Shown: positions 1 to 10,405 of the stretch, piece after piece | Layout of the letters: each line of letters opens with the position of its first letter | How positions within the stretch are numbered: the first letter of the stretch is position 1 | IMG/VR virus record: IMGVR_UViG_3300009147_000001 | Span: 46,164-110,163 of that record | Source of the DNA: a virus | Reading direction: 5' to 3' (one strand) | Length of the DNA stretch: 64,000 nucleotides | Notes under the pieces: generated by a model | Told to the model about the DNA's origin: nothing | Databases searched by the model: none | The model's input: the letters and a program-made list of their open reading frames with translations, nothing else | Position numbers and translations under genes: made by a program

Positions 1-1309
1 TCGCCGAAATAGTAGATGAGCCGAATTTTTCTTGGGTTTGAATACCAGCAGCGGTAATTGTGCTAGCCGTAGCTATATTTGGACTACCTGTAGTTTCACT
101 ACTAGGAATTCCACCAACGGTTATAGTATATGTCGTGGTTAAACTAGAAGCGCCAAACTTTTCTTGTCCAGGAATTCCACCAGGGTTAATCGCGGTAACG
201 ACCGTGATGCTTGGGCTACCAACAGTTTCACCAGAGACAATACCATGTGCGGTGAGATTGAGCGTAGTGGAAGTGGATCCGACCGTCTCCTGGCTTGGTA
301 TGCTACCAGCACTAATTGTGTATGTAGCGGAGACAGTAGACGAACCTAGCTTTTCACTTGATGCAATGCCGCTAGCTACAATGTTTTGAGCCAGTACTGC
401 CGCACCAAGTTCTTCACCACTCGGTATTCCGCCAGTGGTTACGGTGTACGTTGTAGTAACTGCACTAGCACCAGCGGTCTCACTGCTTGGAATACCATTA
501 ACAGTAACGGTCTGATCGCCCGCACCAGTGGCAGATTTTATCTCTACCGCAACCGCAGCCCAGTTGAATAGTGCTCCACCACCAGCACGCAAATCTACCC
601 AATCGACGCTTGTGGACGCCGATCCGGTTCGTATTTCAGACTCTAATCCACCCCAAGTAGTATTAGTGGTGTCACACAGTTCGGTCCAGCCAGAACCGGG
701 AGTCGATGAAGCGGTATCCTTATCTATACCAACAACAGCAAACACTTCTGATGACGTAGCTGGCGCCGCGCTAAGTGTCAGTGAGGCGGGATTCGGTGGA
801 CCACCGCTGATGGTGGTCTCCGAGGCTGCCCCGGTCGCACCAATGGGCGTTCCGGTATCATATCCGGTATAGGCAACGACCGACACTGAATATTCACCGA
901 TACTGCGGGTGCCACAGTCCAACGTCAGCGTCATAGATGCACCAGTAGTTACTGGAGCAGTATAAATACGAGTGCCAGTAAAGAAACTGCCACCCTCATC
1001 GATGGATGAATCTATTCGACCAGTATAAGTCCAGCCGCCACCTGATATAGTTAAGTCAGTCAGTGGCGTATTCGCGCCACCATTTTCGATGAGACTGACA
1101 CCAACGACGAGAAGGCTACTACTTGGTGGGGTAAAACTTGATGTAGTAAATGCACCAGTACCAAAGGTACCCGACGCACCACTAATGGCACATAGTAAGT
1201 CCGTACGGGTAAGATTGCCCGCCACCGACGCGGGTGCGCGTAATATCCGCGAACCCAGTCGACCTCGGGGTAGGCGAGGTCGAGTTGGCGCTCGGCGTAC
1301 TGCTGGCAC
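1..1309 (-). CDS. Tail fibre/virion protein, 3'-truncated by window edge; ~19-20-aa GIPSxExxG repeats
   Basis: Own translation from GTG at 1309: MPAVRRAPTRPRLPRG...GGGWTYT...; the distal part (1-520) repeats e.g. NGIPSSETAG, GGIPSGEELG, SGIASSEKLG, GGIPGQEKFG. Not in ORF track because it has no stop in the window. Confidence 0.7.
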   Translation of the reverse strand, partial: MPAVRRAPTRPRLPRGRLGSRILRAPASVAGNLTRTDLLCAISGASGTFGTGAFTTSSFTPPSSSLLVVGVSLIENGGANTPLTDLTISGGGWTYTGRIDSSIDEGGSFFTGTRIYTAPVTTGASMTLTLDCGTRSIGEYSVSVVAYTGYDTGTPIGATGAASETTISGGPPNPASLTLSAAPATSSEVFAVVGIDKDTASSTPGSGWTELCDTTNTTWGGLESEIRTGSASTSVDWVDLRAGGGALFNWAAVAVEIKSATGAGDQTVTVNGIPSSETAGASAVTTTYTVTTGGIPSGEELGAAVLAQNIVASGIASSEKLGSSTVSATYTISAGSIPSQETVGSTSTTLNLTAHGIVSGETVGSPSITVVTAINPGGIPGQEKFGASSLTTTYTITVGGIPSSETTGSPNIATASTITAAGIQTQEKFGSSTISA

Positions 1310-1342
1310 GACTCACCTACCCTCATCGTTTGATTTTAAATA

Positions 1343-1798
1343 TTAGGCGTCCCAGCTCCAGTACACATCACAAATTTGGCCCGTTCCGGTGAGTGCAATC
1401 AGCCCCACGCCGTTGGCGGTGCCGGACGGGATAAACAGACCACGACCGCCAAAAGTCCAGATGATGCCGGAACCAATCGAGGCGCCAATGGATGCCCGAC
1501 GAATTTCTGTACCCAAAGTGGGAGCCGTACTGCTGTGAGAGTTGCGCGCGGTGCCTTTGGACGTGAAGTTAACGTCAGACTCCTCGTAGGTACCGGTTAC
1601 CGCTGATGATGTGCCAGCGGTGGAAAATCGAGCTAACGAGAGTTCGAATGCGGTAACGGTAGTGTTGGTGGCACCGACCTCGACCAGCCACAATCCACCC
1701 GTTGCTTCAGAGTAGAGACTAGCCATGGGCAGGGTCGTCGATCCTGCGTTGGTGGTGCGATATGCAGCAGCCTGACGTGCCATTGGCTTAACCTCCAA
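1343..1798 (-). CDS. Virion structural protein (tail tip region)
   Basis: T/G/S-rich beta-type protein, coupled to neighbours in tail module. Confidence 0.55.
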   Translation of the reverse strand: MEVKPMARQAAAYRTTNAGSTTLPMASLYSEATGGLWLVEVGATNTTVTAFELSLARFSTAGTSSAVTGTYEESDVNFTSKGTARNSHSSTAPTLGTEIRRASIGASIGSGIIWTFGGRGLFIPSGTANGVGLIALTGTGQICDVYWSWDA

Positions 1799-2558
1799 TA
1801 ATTGCAGATTGACCTAACGACCCATACGGACCATATGGTGAGGTAATTTCACTGGGACGTGCACTCCGAATAAGTACGTGCTTGGGTTCCGGATCGGCTG
1901 GTACTCCTCGCAAGGCAATACACATGAGTGCCTTGAAGTTGGCCGTCAGAGCGAGAGTGGCCGTCATGGCTCCGGTCGCACCAGCCGTGGCCTTCTCACC
2001 TGTGGCCATGGCAAAACCGCCACCAAGGCCAGAGGTGGTCCAATCATCCATTCGTTCGGTCACATTGACCAATGATGCATTAGCCCATCCAGTGGCTCCT
2101 GCGGTCGATGCGATATCCTGACCGGTGGAAAATGCATACAAAAGGAGACGATCAGCATCAGAAGTGGTAACTCCCGGAATTGACACTGATGTGTCGGAAA
2201 CCAACTCTGTCGACGTGGCGAAAGTATCCCACGGATTGCCGTTGGTGGCACATCCGTTCACCACGATCATCCTGGCTACTATGTGATTACCAGCGTCGGC
2301 AATGGATGGTGCAGTATCACCAGCTTGCACCCGACGCCAAATCGCCCACAGCCGAGTCACCGTACCCGACGATACGGTGACATTGGTGATGGCAGCCCAT
2401 CCAGTCGGTGCAACAACGGTGTCGGTAGCTTCTGTTTCAATAAGTGTGATGGCAATGTCATCATTCGTGGCAGTGTAGCCATTCGGAAACGCCGGTGTCA
2501 CTGCCGCGACCCCATTGGCGTTGGCCGCCGATACCCCAACGACGGTTGGCATTGCCAT
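1788..2558 (-). CDS. Minor tail/fibre protein
   Basis: PTGW-type beta-sandwich motifs (VVAPTGWAAI), synteny. Confidence 0.55.
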   Translation of the reverse strand: MAMPTVVGVSAANANGVAAVTPAFPNGYTATNDDIAITLIETEATDTVVAPTGWAAITNVTVSSGTVTRLWAIWRRVQAGDTAPSIADAGNHIVARMIVVNGCATNGNPWDTFATSTELVSDTSVSIPGVTTSDADRLLLYAFSTGQDIASTAGATGWANASLVNVTERMDDWTTSGLGGGFAMATGEKATAGATGAMTATLALTANFKALMCIALRGVPADPEPKHVLIRSARPSEITSPYGPYGSLGQSAIIGG

Positions 2559-2569
2559 CGCACATTCCC

Positions 2570-4774
2570 CTATACCGTTGGATCCGGAGTCATGCCGACT
2601 GCGGTCACCTCAGCGATACTACTGGCATCAATGACCTTCTCGTATGTGGTGTTCGGACCGACGTACTGCGACCAGTCGACACCACTAACGGTACCGTACA
2701 TGGTCATACCTCTCGTTCCACTTGGTGTTGTACCCAGATACGATGCTACTGACGATGACAATGGGTCTTGACGAGCATAGACCTTAAAGGCACTATCCTC
2801 ACCATCAAGAATACCAACGACATCTGCTGGACTATAAGCAACTTCAACCAATACAGCATGCACACCGATGTCAGGCGAAGCGTCAGTGGAGAAGCCAACC
2901 AAACACTCAAGTGCATCCAGTCTCGCTTTAGTAACTTGCCAGTAGCGGACGGGCGTACCACGTGATGGACGAACCACACCACATATCCAAATGAGATTAG
3001 TATCGTCTTGACCATGATCAGCAGCAGTCACCAGAAAAATCGTCTGTCCTGATGCAATCACCTGTATGCCAAGAGTGGCGGTGGTGGCAGATGCTGCCCA
3101 TGGTGCAAATGACCATTTGACTGCCCTCGGCACCTTGTCGGTGAGCGTCAACGTTTCCATGGGAATCTTCACACTTTCACCACTGGCAGTGGTTACCTGC
3201 ATAACACCATTCGATGAGGCCCCAATAGTTGGTGGTATATCACGCAGATTGTTTTGACAGGTGGTACCATTGAATGCAGTACCCGTGCCATTACTAGAAA
3301 ATGTCTGGAAATTGGATGTGGTGCCCTGCACGGACGCTGGGTCTGTGGCATCAGGTAGTAGTGGAACAATCTTATCTTTGCCAATAGGATAGTTGCCCCG
3401 TAGTTTGGAGACGATGGGATCATCATAATACACAGTGGCGGTTTGACTACTCTTCCAGCCAATGACCAATGCCGTAACCCGGGCGGAGGTCATGCTCGAC
3501 GTGGTAGCTGTCGTTTGAGCTACCATTGATGTCACAGCAAGACTGTCATAGTCCATTGACCACTCGAACGTATGCGTCGTACTGGTGGACCAGTACCGAC
3601 CAGTAACACCAATCCACTTGTTCGCCGCAACGGTGGCATCGGATACCTGCTCCGTTCCAGAACCGATCTTTACCCCAATTTTTTGCGACGCATTAATGTA
3701 CCGGACCACAACCCCATTCGCTGCCGAGCCTACCTCCACCGACCATAATACTGTATCGGCAGATGGAAGTGACGTATCAAAGTAGAAGTTGACTCGTGGA
3801 ATGAAAAAGTAGTCACTGCCAACTGACACGTTCGGCTGGAAATAACTCAGGACACCAGGGTCGGTCCACGCCACCCATTCAGCAGCCGCCGTCGACGATA
3901 GCTTTAAAGCGTAATTGCCAGAGCGCTTGATAGTGGATACGATTTCCGGAGAGCCGGCTGAGGAATCGAACTGTTTTACCCCAGCATCGGCGGCAATACT
4001 CCCGCTGGTCAATCCAGTTGCCGTGCCGAATTCAAAGCCGGTAAACGCATCGTATAAAGGTGCCCACTTGCTATCCTGAGTATAGTGAATAATCAAGTCA
4101 CCAATAAATGGACAAGACGGAGACACATCGGCCGTGATACTAAAGCGACCAACGTCCCAGAACGCATTGACCGCCACTGCGAGAGTCAGCGAGAATCCAC
4201 TTCCAGTGACCGGGACCTGAGCTATCTCTTGGAGGCTCGATGTATATCCAGAAATGACTGGCTGAGTAGTAGACGCGTTATAAGCGCCGAAATAGGCCAA
4301 CGCCATCGAGCTGTACGCCAAGGTGGTATCGTTAGAATTCTCGGGTACACTCGTCGTGGTCGTCGATGACACCGAACCAGGCGCCGAAGCACCAGAGGCT
4401 GCCGTAATGTACTGTGGTGTACTTGCCTGGGCAACCTCCAACCCTTCGACTTCCAGCGCTGCCCAACATCCAACAGAAGCCACACTGGTCACGATGGGAA
4501 ACGTGTACGTAGTCTCCCCACCGGCCACGTTCTCCTTAAACCACGACATAAGGCTGCTGTTTGTATCAAGACTAACGTTACGAGTATCGTATTGATTAAA
4601 CGTTCCCGCCCCACCGGTTGGTGCCCAGAATCGCGCATCCCCGGATCCACTAGATGCCCGAGACAGACCAAGTATGACGACAGTCGTCCCAGCAGTGGTA
4701 GCAGTATCAAATGTTACGGTAGCGCTCGTCGCACCATTAATCGTGCCCGTTTTGACCTGGAGAATGTTAAACAT
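2570..4774 (-). CDS. Minor tail/receptor-binding protein with carbohydrate-binding-like domains
   Basis: 734 aa, S/T-rich, RSGNYALKL and VYYDD motifs typical of CBM/LamG-like folds; synteny. Confidence 0.55.
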   Translation of the reverse strand: MFNILQVKTGTINGATSATVTFDTATTAGTTVVILGLSRASSGSGDARFWAPTGGAGTFNQYDTRNVSLDTNSSLMSWFKENVAGGETTYTFPIVTSVASVGCWAALEVEGLEVAQASTPQYITAASGASAPGSVSSTTTTSVPENSNDTTLAYSSMALAYFGAYNASTTQPVISGYTSSLQEIAQVPVTGSGFSLTLAVAVNAFWDVGRFSITADVSPSCPFIGDLIIHYTQDSKWAPLYDAFTGFEFGTATGLTSGSIAADAGVKQFDSSAGSPEIVSTIKRSGNYALKLSSTAAAEWVAWTDPGVLSYFQPNVSVGSDYFFIPRVNFYFDTSLPSADTVLWSVEVGSAANGVVVRYINASQKIGVKIGSGTEQVSDATVAANKWIGVTGRYWSTSTTHTFEWSMDYDSLAVTSMVAQTTATTSSMTSARVTALVIGWKSSQTATVYYDDPIVSKLRGNYPIGKDKIVPLLPDATDPASVQGTTSNFQTFSSNGTGTAFNGTTCQNNLRDIPPTIGASSNGVMQVTTASGESVKIPMETLTLTDKVPRAVKWSFAPWAASATTATLGIQVIASGQTIFLVTAADHGQDDTNLIWICGVVRPSRGTPVRYWQVTKARLDALECLVGFSTDASPDIGVHAVLVEVAYSPADVVGILDGEDSAFKVYARQDPLSSSVASYLGTTPSGTRGMTMYGTVSGVDWSQYVGPNTTYEKVIDASSIAEVTAVGMTPDPTV

Positions 4775-4830
4775 TTCTTTTAGCCTCCATCCTCAGAGCT
4801 TAAAGATGCGATTTACACCATTATCCCAGG

Positions 4831-5304
4831 TCACCATGATACGTCGGCTGCCGTTTTGCCAACTCGATATGCTCTGGCCCGTGCATTTATACATTCCTTG
4901 CATCGCCTCCTTTCCTCCCTGATTACTAGATTGTTTCCAACTAATAGGTGACCGTGCTGACATGTTGGTGAGGTTCCGCGCTTCGGTGCCAATGCCTTCC
5001 ATTTATCCAACACTTCTTCGGCCTTTAGTTTTCTGCGCTCACATAGATGTGGCAATATTAGTTCTATAAATTTTCCCGCATCTTCTCTGGCATAGATGGC
5101 CCAACGCCATACCCGCTTACCAGTAATAGTGCGCTCATTTGCCTCAGATACAACACCAACACCGGACCATTCTAGCATTCTATATATGACATCCATGTCA
5201 GTAGATGCAACCTGAATTTTTGGTCTTCCTCCTTTGTCACTACCAATCCAGCCTTCACCCTCAATTATTCCAATAATCCAACCAAGTTTCAACTCTTCAA
5301 TCAT
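4831..5304 (-). mobile_element. Free-standing LAGLIDADG homing endonuclease with C-terminal CxxGH..CxxC module
   Basis: WIIGIIEGEGWI motif, IQVASTD, ILPHL..RK; C-term TCQHGH...RRCKEC. Confidence 0.85.
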
Positions 5305-6164
5305 AGCTTGAATATCTTATTTGGACCGTTATCAAACGTCACCACGATGTTTCCGCCATTCGGTGTTACCGGCAATCCAGACCCCGTAGCCGGTGCCAGT
5401 GCTCGGGAGTTGGCCGTAATAATTGCGGCAGTCGACGTGACTGCAATGGACCGATCTCCAGCATTAGCCAGCGCAGATAACGTCGCGGAGGCACCATTGC
5501 TAAAGGCGAGTACCGTGCTATTGGGAATGGCGTAGGTTAGCGGGTCGACCACAATCGACGTCGATGAGGCAGCCGCCTGCACTGCGCACGTAACAATATG
5601 CTTACCGGTAATAAGAGCGATCATCTGGGACGTCGATGCGGTGCCGGTGTCCTCGAAGATAGCCACCGCTTCTACTGAGTTACCGGTCACCGAGGTAAAC
5701 GTCACGTCGTTGGCATCGGCGACCCCAGCCGTCACCGTCTTACCGGCGAGGTTGACCGGGGTGCCCACCACCGCACCATTAAAATCGTCCCAGTTATCTC
5801 CGGCCGCCGATGGTCCGTAGTTAACGGCATACCCGGTAGCACCGCCCACTCCATTGCCAACTGCATTAGCCGCCGTAATCGGATTGGTCAACTCAAAGGT
5901 GTTAGCTGCCTGGTTAGCGATTTTCCAAAAACCATTAGCTGCTGTATTGGTGGCGTGACCATCAATAAACACCAAGTCGCCGTTGGCAAACCCATGCGAC
6001 GTAGACGTTACTACAATGGGCGTGGCGTTAGTGGATGAGGTAATCGCTTTAATCCCAACATCTGTGGTGCCAAGGTCTAATAGGGCCGCACTGATTGTGG
6101 CAGTATCCCAGTCAATCGAGTTCTCCAGGAAGCCCTGCCGGCCCAGCTCAAACAACCCGTTCAC
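5301..6164 (-). CDS. Virion tail protein with FCCH-like insertion
   Basis: ITSSTNATPIVVTSTSHGFANGDLVFI motif; ends NGGNIVVTFDNGPNKIFKL. Confidence 0.65.
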   Translation of the reverse strand: MNGLFELGRQGFLENSIDWDTATISAALLDLGTTDVGIKAITSSTNATPIVVTSTSHGFANGDLVFIDGHATNTAANGFWKIANQAANTFELTNPITAANAVGNGVGGATGYAVNYGPSAAGDNWDDFNGAVVGTPVNLAGKTVTAGVADANDVTFTSVTGNSVEAVAIFEDTGTASTSQMIALITGKHIVTCAVQAAASSTSIVVDPLTYAIPNSTVLAFSNGASATLSALANAGDRSIAVTSTAAIITANSRALAPATGSGLPVTPNGGNIVVTFDNGPNKIFKL

Positions 6165-6517
6165 GGTCGGGTAACCTCCAAACTTAATGTGGCAAAGCCT
6201 TCGGCAAGTCTAACTACCTCGGCAGGGTTTGACGTGAAAACCTCTAGATCGTATACCCCCGTCTTCCACGTATACGCAGCGGTGATATCCGCGCCAACAG
6301 TCACCGTTACTATCCCGCCCGGAGCATTGATAGAAACTCTGCCATTGCTGGTGGAAGCATCCACTAAGATATTCGTGTCGTCTATATTGCTCCGCACCTG
6401 CATGCGGCCAGAGTATCCAGTTAAGTCAAATACCGTCTTATCTTGATGTAATGCTTGTACAGCAAATACAAACTTAGCACCTTGTTCAATGACGATGTCT
6501 CGGTGTACTGCGGGCAT
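6161..6517 (-). CDS. Small tail/baseplate-associated Ig-like protein
   Basis: IEQGA...DLTGYSGRMQVR...GVYDLE pattern common in phage tail modules. Confidence 0.6.
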   Translation of the reverse strand: MPAVHRDIVIEQGAKFVFAVQALHQDKTVFDLTGYSGRMQVRSNIDDTNILVDASTSNGRVSINAPGGIVTVTVGADITAAYTWKTGVYDLEVFTSNPAEVVRLAEGFATLSLEVTRP

Positions 6518-6571
6518 ATGATATCACCTCCTCGCCACAATAATGAGTATACGAATGCGATCCTACTTATT

Positions 6572-7369
6572 CTACAAAAGATCCAATCCGGTCATTCCAA
6601 CGACCATAGCTCGGGCTGATCCAGCCCCACTTGCACGCCGATGCTGAATGGCTAACCACACGGACTTACCATTTTGTCCATCCCCATCGGTACACAACAT
6701 ACGATCAACAAAAATATCGTTGAATTGCTGGGTATTTGCCGGGGTTGTTATAGGATTGACAATAACATTGTTGTTGTTTAATAAATCTAATACTCGTAAC
6801 TCACCAGTCGTGGTAGCGTCGTTATTGGACAACACGGTAACCCTTAAGGCTGGGTGATACATATACCAGTATGTTTGCGCTAAGTCAGTAAAACTAGAAC
6901 TCGTAGTTGTTATTATTTCTGCAACATTCCACCAGGTGTAAGAGAGTTTGGGGTCACCGAAGCCATGCCGCTGATTAAAACAATCTGAAATGAGCGTATT
7001 TCCCGCTTTGTCATAGATGGCAAATGATGGGAAGGTACCAGTTTGCAATCCACCTACCCCATCGTCAATACCTCGAACAGTAATGGTATATGGATTGAAT
7101 GACCCAACACCAACCGTTGGATCCTTCTTTATATATAGTCCAACTCCTTGACCAAATACCGTATTAACGTTACCATCTAGGAGTATCTCACCACCATCGA
7201 CGGTGGCATCTGGACCATTACGAATAACAATACTACCGCCTTCCACGACAAATCCATCGCTGTCAATCGAGGTCGACGGTAACTGCGGAGTACGCTCTAA
7301 TCGAGATAATCTATTTTCCAAATCCCTAATTACAGTTAATAAATCATCGTCTTGTCTATACTTAGACAT
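6572..7369 (-). CDS. Minor tail protein
   Basis: N-terminal coiled coil (LENRLSRLER), follows hub-like gene. Confidence 0.6.
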   Translation of the reverse strand: MSKYRQDDDLLTVIRDLENRLSRLERTPQLPSTSIDSDGFVVEGGSIVIRNGPDATVDGGEILLDGNVNTVFGQGVGLYIKKDPTVGVGSFNPYTITVRGIDDGVGGLQTGTFPSFAIYDKAGNTLISDCFNQRHGFGDPKLSYTWWNVAEIITTTSSSFTDLAQTYWYMYHPALRVTVLSNNDATTTGELRVLDLLNNNNVIVNPITTPANTQQFNDIFVDRMLCTDGDGQNGKSVWLAIQHRRASGAGSARAMVVGMTGLDLL

Positions 7370-8450
7370 TCTCGTCTCCTTCTAGTATAATCTCATATTC
7401 ATCCGTATTGGATGATTCGCCTGGACGCAGAGTCCATGCTACTATTCGCGCTGACTGTTGTAAAGTATGTGGAAAACGGGGATCGCGAATAATCAATTTA
7501 CAATAATCACCGAGACCAAAACTACCAAATTCTGGTTGTGCATAAGCAATCAGCGACGGTTTAAGCGTTAACATGGGGGGCCGACGCTTCAGTCCTTCTT
7601 GAACACCAATGGTGTTCAATAGTGCTTGACTTGTTATATCTTTACGAGACACGTCAATATCCCAACGAGGCCACCCACTAGCTAACATGTCGTCATTAGC
7701 TTGCTCATACTCGATCATTGCGGCACCCTCACCAGCGCCTAACACAAAGGTATTGGTGGCTGCCCCAACCATACTTTCTGTGGCATAGTAATTGACGATA
7801 CTACCAGGATATTCGAAGTTTATCGAAGTGTTACTCGTTGGTGCTCCCAGCGTGGGATAGCCAATAGCCAAATTTTTCATATAGTTTCCACCACTTTTGG
7901 TAACACCAATATACCAGTCGAATCCATCGGATGAGTCTGCTAAACTTGACATTACTTCGCCATAGTATTTTCTATCTTCTCGATTAATCACAACAGTTTT
8001 GGTAAATGCCACCGGGAAAACTGGCGGCACATTAATATTGATGTTTCGTCCGTTCACACTCTGCATTGCCATCCAAAGGTCACGAAAGATGTTTCTTTGA
8101 TCACCAGTTGTGTTAAGACTACTCAAAACTAATTGTCGATTAGGATAATTTTCAAAACTTTGTGCATATATTTGTACTACCTTCGCTTGACTTTGATACG
8201 TCCGCGACCACACATAACCAATCCAAATAGCAGTATTGTTGCGCTCAACCGCAACAAAGGTTCGACCAGGAACCGTAGCAGCAATAAGATCTTCGTTGCG
8301 TTTACCTGTCATGTCCAATTGAAAAGTACCATTAAATTGCCCTCCAGTATTTAGTGCTAAGTCCATATAGACGCCATACATCGGAACCTCTTCAATAACT
8401 CGTTCGTCACGAAGAGACCCAAAAACGTAGCGATATTGCGATGACGCCAT
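7362..8450 (-). CDS. Minor tail protein (baseplate hub/Gp37-like)
   Basis: WIGYVWSRTY, FEYPGSI, FGLGDY motifs; actinophage minor tail synteny. Confidence 0.7.
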   Translation of the reverse strand: MASSQYRYVFGSLRDERVIEEVPMYGVYMDLALNTGGQFNGTFQLDMTGKRNEDLIAATVPGRTFVAVERNNTAIWIGYVWSRTYQSQAKVVQIYAQSFENYPNRQLVLSSLNTTGDQRNIFRDLWMAMQSVNGRNININVPPVFPVAFTKTVVINREDRKYYGEVMSSLADSSDGFDWYIGVTKSGGNYMKNLAIGYPTLGAPTSNTSINFEYPGSIVNYYATESMVGAATNTFVLGAGEGAAMIEYEQANDDMLASGWPRWDIDVSRKDITSQALLNTIGVQEGLKRRPPMLTLKPSLIAYAQPEFGSFGLGDYCKLIIRDPRFPHTLQQSARIVAWTLRPGESSNTDEYEIILEGDENV

Positions 8451-9289
8451 TAATCTGCTATCTGATCAAGTTCTGCGTCCACTGCATCTTTTACTTGCTG
8501 AACACCTTCATCAGAAAGCTTCACTTCAGTAGCCACACTAACACCACTAGTAAGCACATCTCGTAGTTCAGCTATCGACTTTTGCATATCTTTGACTGCT
8601 TGAGCTAGTAGGTTTGGCTCTTTACGATCAACTGATTCACCAGGAACCCGAAAGACAATTGGGTCTTCCATGTTCTCTAGTCCTTGCACCCGCTCAATGA
8701 GTGCTTTGCCATCTGGATCGTCCTTTAACGCCACGTCGTCCTCCTGAAATAGTTTAAGAACGTAATCGAAGGGGAAATTCGGACCAGGATCGGTATGAGT
8801 AGTCCCACCAAAACAGATCCGCAATTGATTGTGAGTAGTCATACCTGGAGTAAAAGACTTAACTTGAGCATCAGTCAACCAGCGAAGCGGAATATTGTAA
8901 GATTTCATATCTCGTAAACAAATTCGCTTCATCTGATTGAACATATTGATGCCAAAGGTATCTAACCACTGGCTGCGAACTTGACCAGCAAATCCCGACA
9001 GTTCCCAGTTTATTCCACGATAGTTTCCTGGCCGGTTACCCACTGTCCATGCTGAATCTTTAAGTCGAACGCATTGTACCACACTATTATCGTCCACACA
9101 ATAGTGACTACTCACCCGCCGACCGTCCCCCGGATTAGCAAAGTAGGCAGCAGTTGCCTCCGCTCGACTGGAAGTCTCAGACGCTTCCATGTCGTGAAAC
9201 ACAATCCAAATAGGTGGACCGTCTGGTCGACCAGACGTATAGCCGGCGGCTTGAATAAACTGTACGTCAGGATGATCACCCATAGCCAT
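8450..9289 (-). CDS. Endolysin, N-acetylmuramoyl-L-alanine amidase (Amidase_2)
   Basis: IVFHDME, SSHYCVD, AWTVGN, HTDPGPNFP zinc-amidase motifs. Confidence 0.9.
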   Translation of the reverse strand: MAMGDHPDVQFIQAAGYTSGRPDGPPIWIVFHDMEASETSSRAEATAAYFANPGDGRRVSSHYCVDDNSVVQCVRLKDSAWTVGNRPGNYRGINWELSGFAGQVRSQWLDTFGINMFNQMKRICLRDMKSYNIPLRWLTDAQVKSFTPGMTTHNQLRICFGGTTHTDPGPNFPFDYVLKLFQEDDVALKDDPDGKALIERVQGLENMEDPIVFRVPGESVDRKEPNLLAQAVKDMQKSIAELRDVLTSGVSVATEVKLSDEGVQQVKDAVDAELDQIAD

Positions 9290-9292
9290 TTG

Positions 9293-10405
9293 TTATCTCC
9301 CAATCCATGTCAACATCAATTTTGGATTCTGCGCATCGCTACCCGCATCAATATTCAAGTTACCCCCAGATCCCTGGAAGACCGTAATCTGGACGGTATC
9401 AGTGGCAGCCAACAATACCATTGCCGTAGCATGCAAGTCAGTGGGCTGGGTACCGGCTGCGGTGGTGGGATCACGTCGATCTTCTGTTACCACGGCACCG
9501 TTGACCAAAATTGACATTACTCGAACACCAGTGGTGTTATTGGCAAATTTAACAAATGAATCGATGTGCCATACACCATCATAATTAGTGGGACAGGTAA
9601 AGGTATCAGATGTAGCGGAGAACAAACCAGAACGGTCAGAGACTTCCGATGTCCAACTGACGGCTGTTGTAGTACCTGTGGTAATACTTTGGGTTGTCGT
9701 ACGACGAACATAGACATATGGCTGAGTACCCCAAGCCAAAGCACGCCAGTTAGTACCGTCATAGCCGACTAGTCGGCCACCACCGACATCCGTTTCCCAA
9801 ATCGCTGTCCCACTCAATACAATGGACGGTCTGGTAGTGGAGGTACAAATCTCTACCCCACCTAATGCTGTTAACCACACCCGCTTGTCGGTAATATTAG
9901 CATTGACAATAGACGTAACTGCCGCTGCTACGGCAATGTGCGCCAACGTAATAGAGTTAGCCGGTGCGGTCGGTGGAGAAGGCGAACCTGCTGGCGTCCC
10001 GGCAACTACCTCAAGCAGACTATCATTATTAGCCCCAGAATAGGCAGTGTCACGAACTCGAAAAACGACAATATCAATTCTGGCTAATGTCGCATGAGCC
10101 GCAGTAACGGTCAGCGTGACATCCGCATCGTTGCCGACGAAGTACGTACCCTGCTTGGTACCCTCTGTTCCTGGTATGGCAGCATAGCCAGCTCGAACAA
10201 TAACCGCCATTGATGGTGAGCCAGTTTGGGTAACCTGAAGTTTATTACTAAGATAGGGATTTACTCCACCACGAGCAATATGAGCACTCGCCGACTGACC
10301 ATTGAGCATAAGGTTCAACCAGTCACGCGTCTGCTCGGCTGTATGGGTAGCCCCCGCATTCTGAAGGAATCCCGGAGGATTGAGAACGGTCACTACTACC
10401 TCCAC
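9293..10405 (-). CDS. Minor tail protein
   Basis: AAHATLARIDIVV, ITDKR, IWETD motifs typical of actinophage minor tail proteins. Confidence 0.75.
   Translation of the reverse strand: MEVVVTVLNPPGFLQNAGATHTAEQTRDWLNLMLNGQSASAHIARGGVNPYLSNKLQVTQTGSPSMAVIVRAGYAAIPGTEGTKQGTYFVGNDADVTLTVTAAHATLARIDIVVFRVRDTAYSGANNDSLLEVVAGTPAGSPSPPTAPANSITLAHIAVAAAVTSIVNANITDKRVWLTALGGVEICTSTTRPSIVLSGTAIWETDVGGGRLVGYDGTNWRALAWGTQPYVYVRRTTTQSITTGTTTAVSWTSEVSDRSGLFSATSDTFTCPTNYDGVWHIDSFVKFANNTTGVRVMSILVNGAVVTEDRRDPTTAAGTQPTDLHATAMVLLAATDTVQITVFQGSGGNLNIDAGSDAQNPKLMLTWIGR

Noticed and set aside
4793-5002. 69-aa ORF as a real gene
   Set aside because: It overlaps the LAGLIDADG out of frame; only its last ~20 codons are meaningful, as the relic gene end.
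1-10405. Diversity-generating retroelement targeting tail fibres
   Set aside because: No reverse transcriptase or TR/VR pair was seen in the window.
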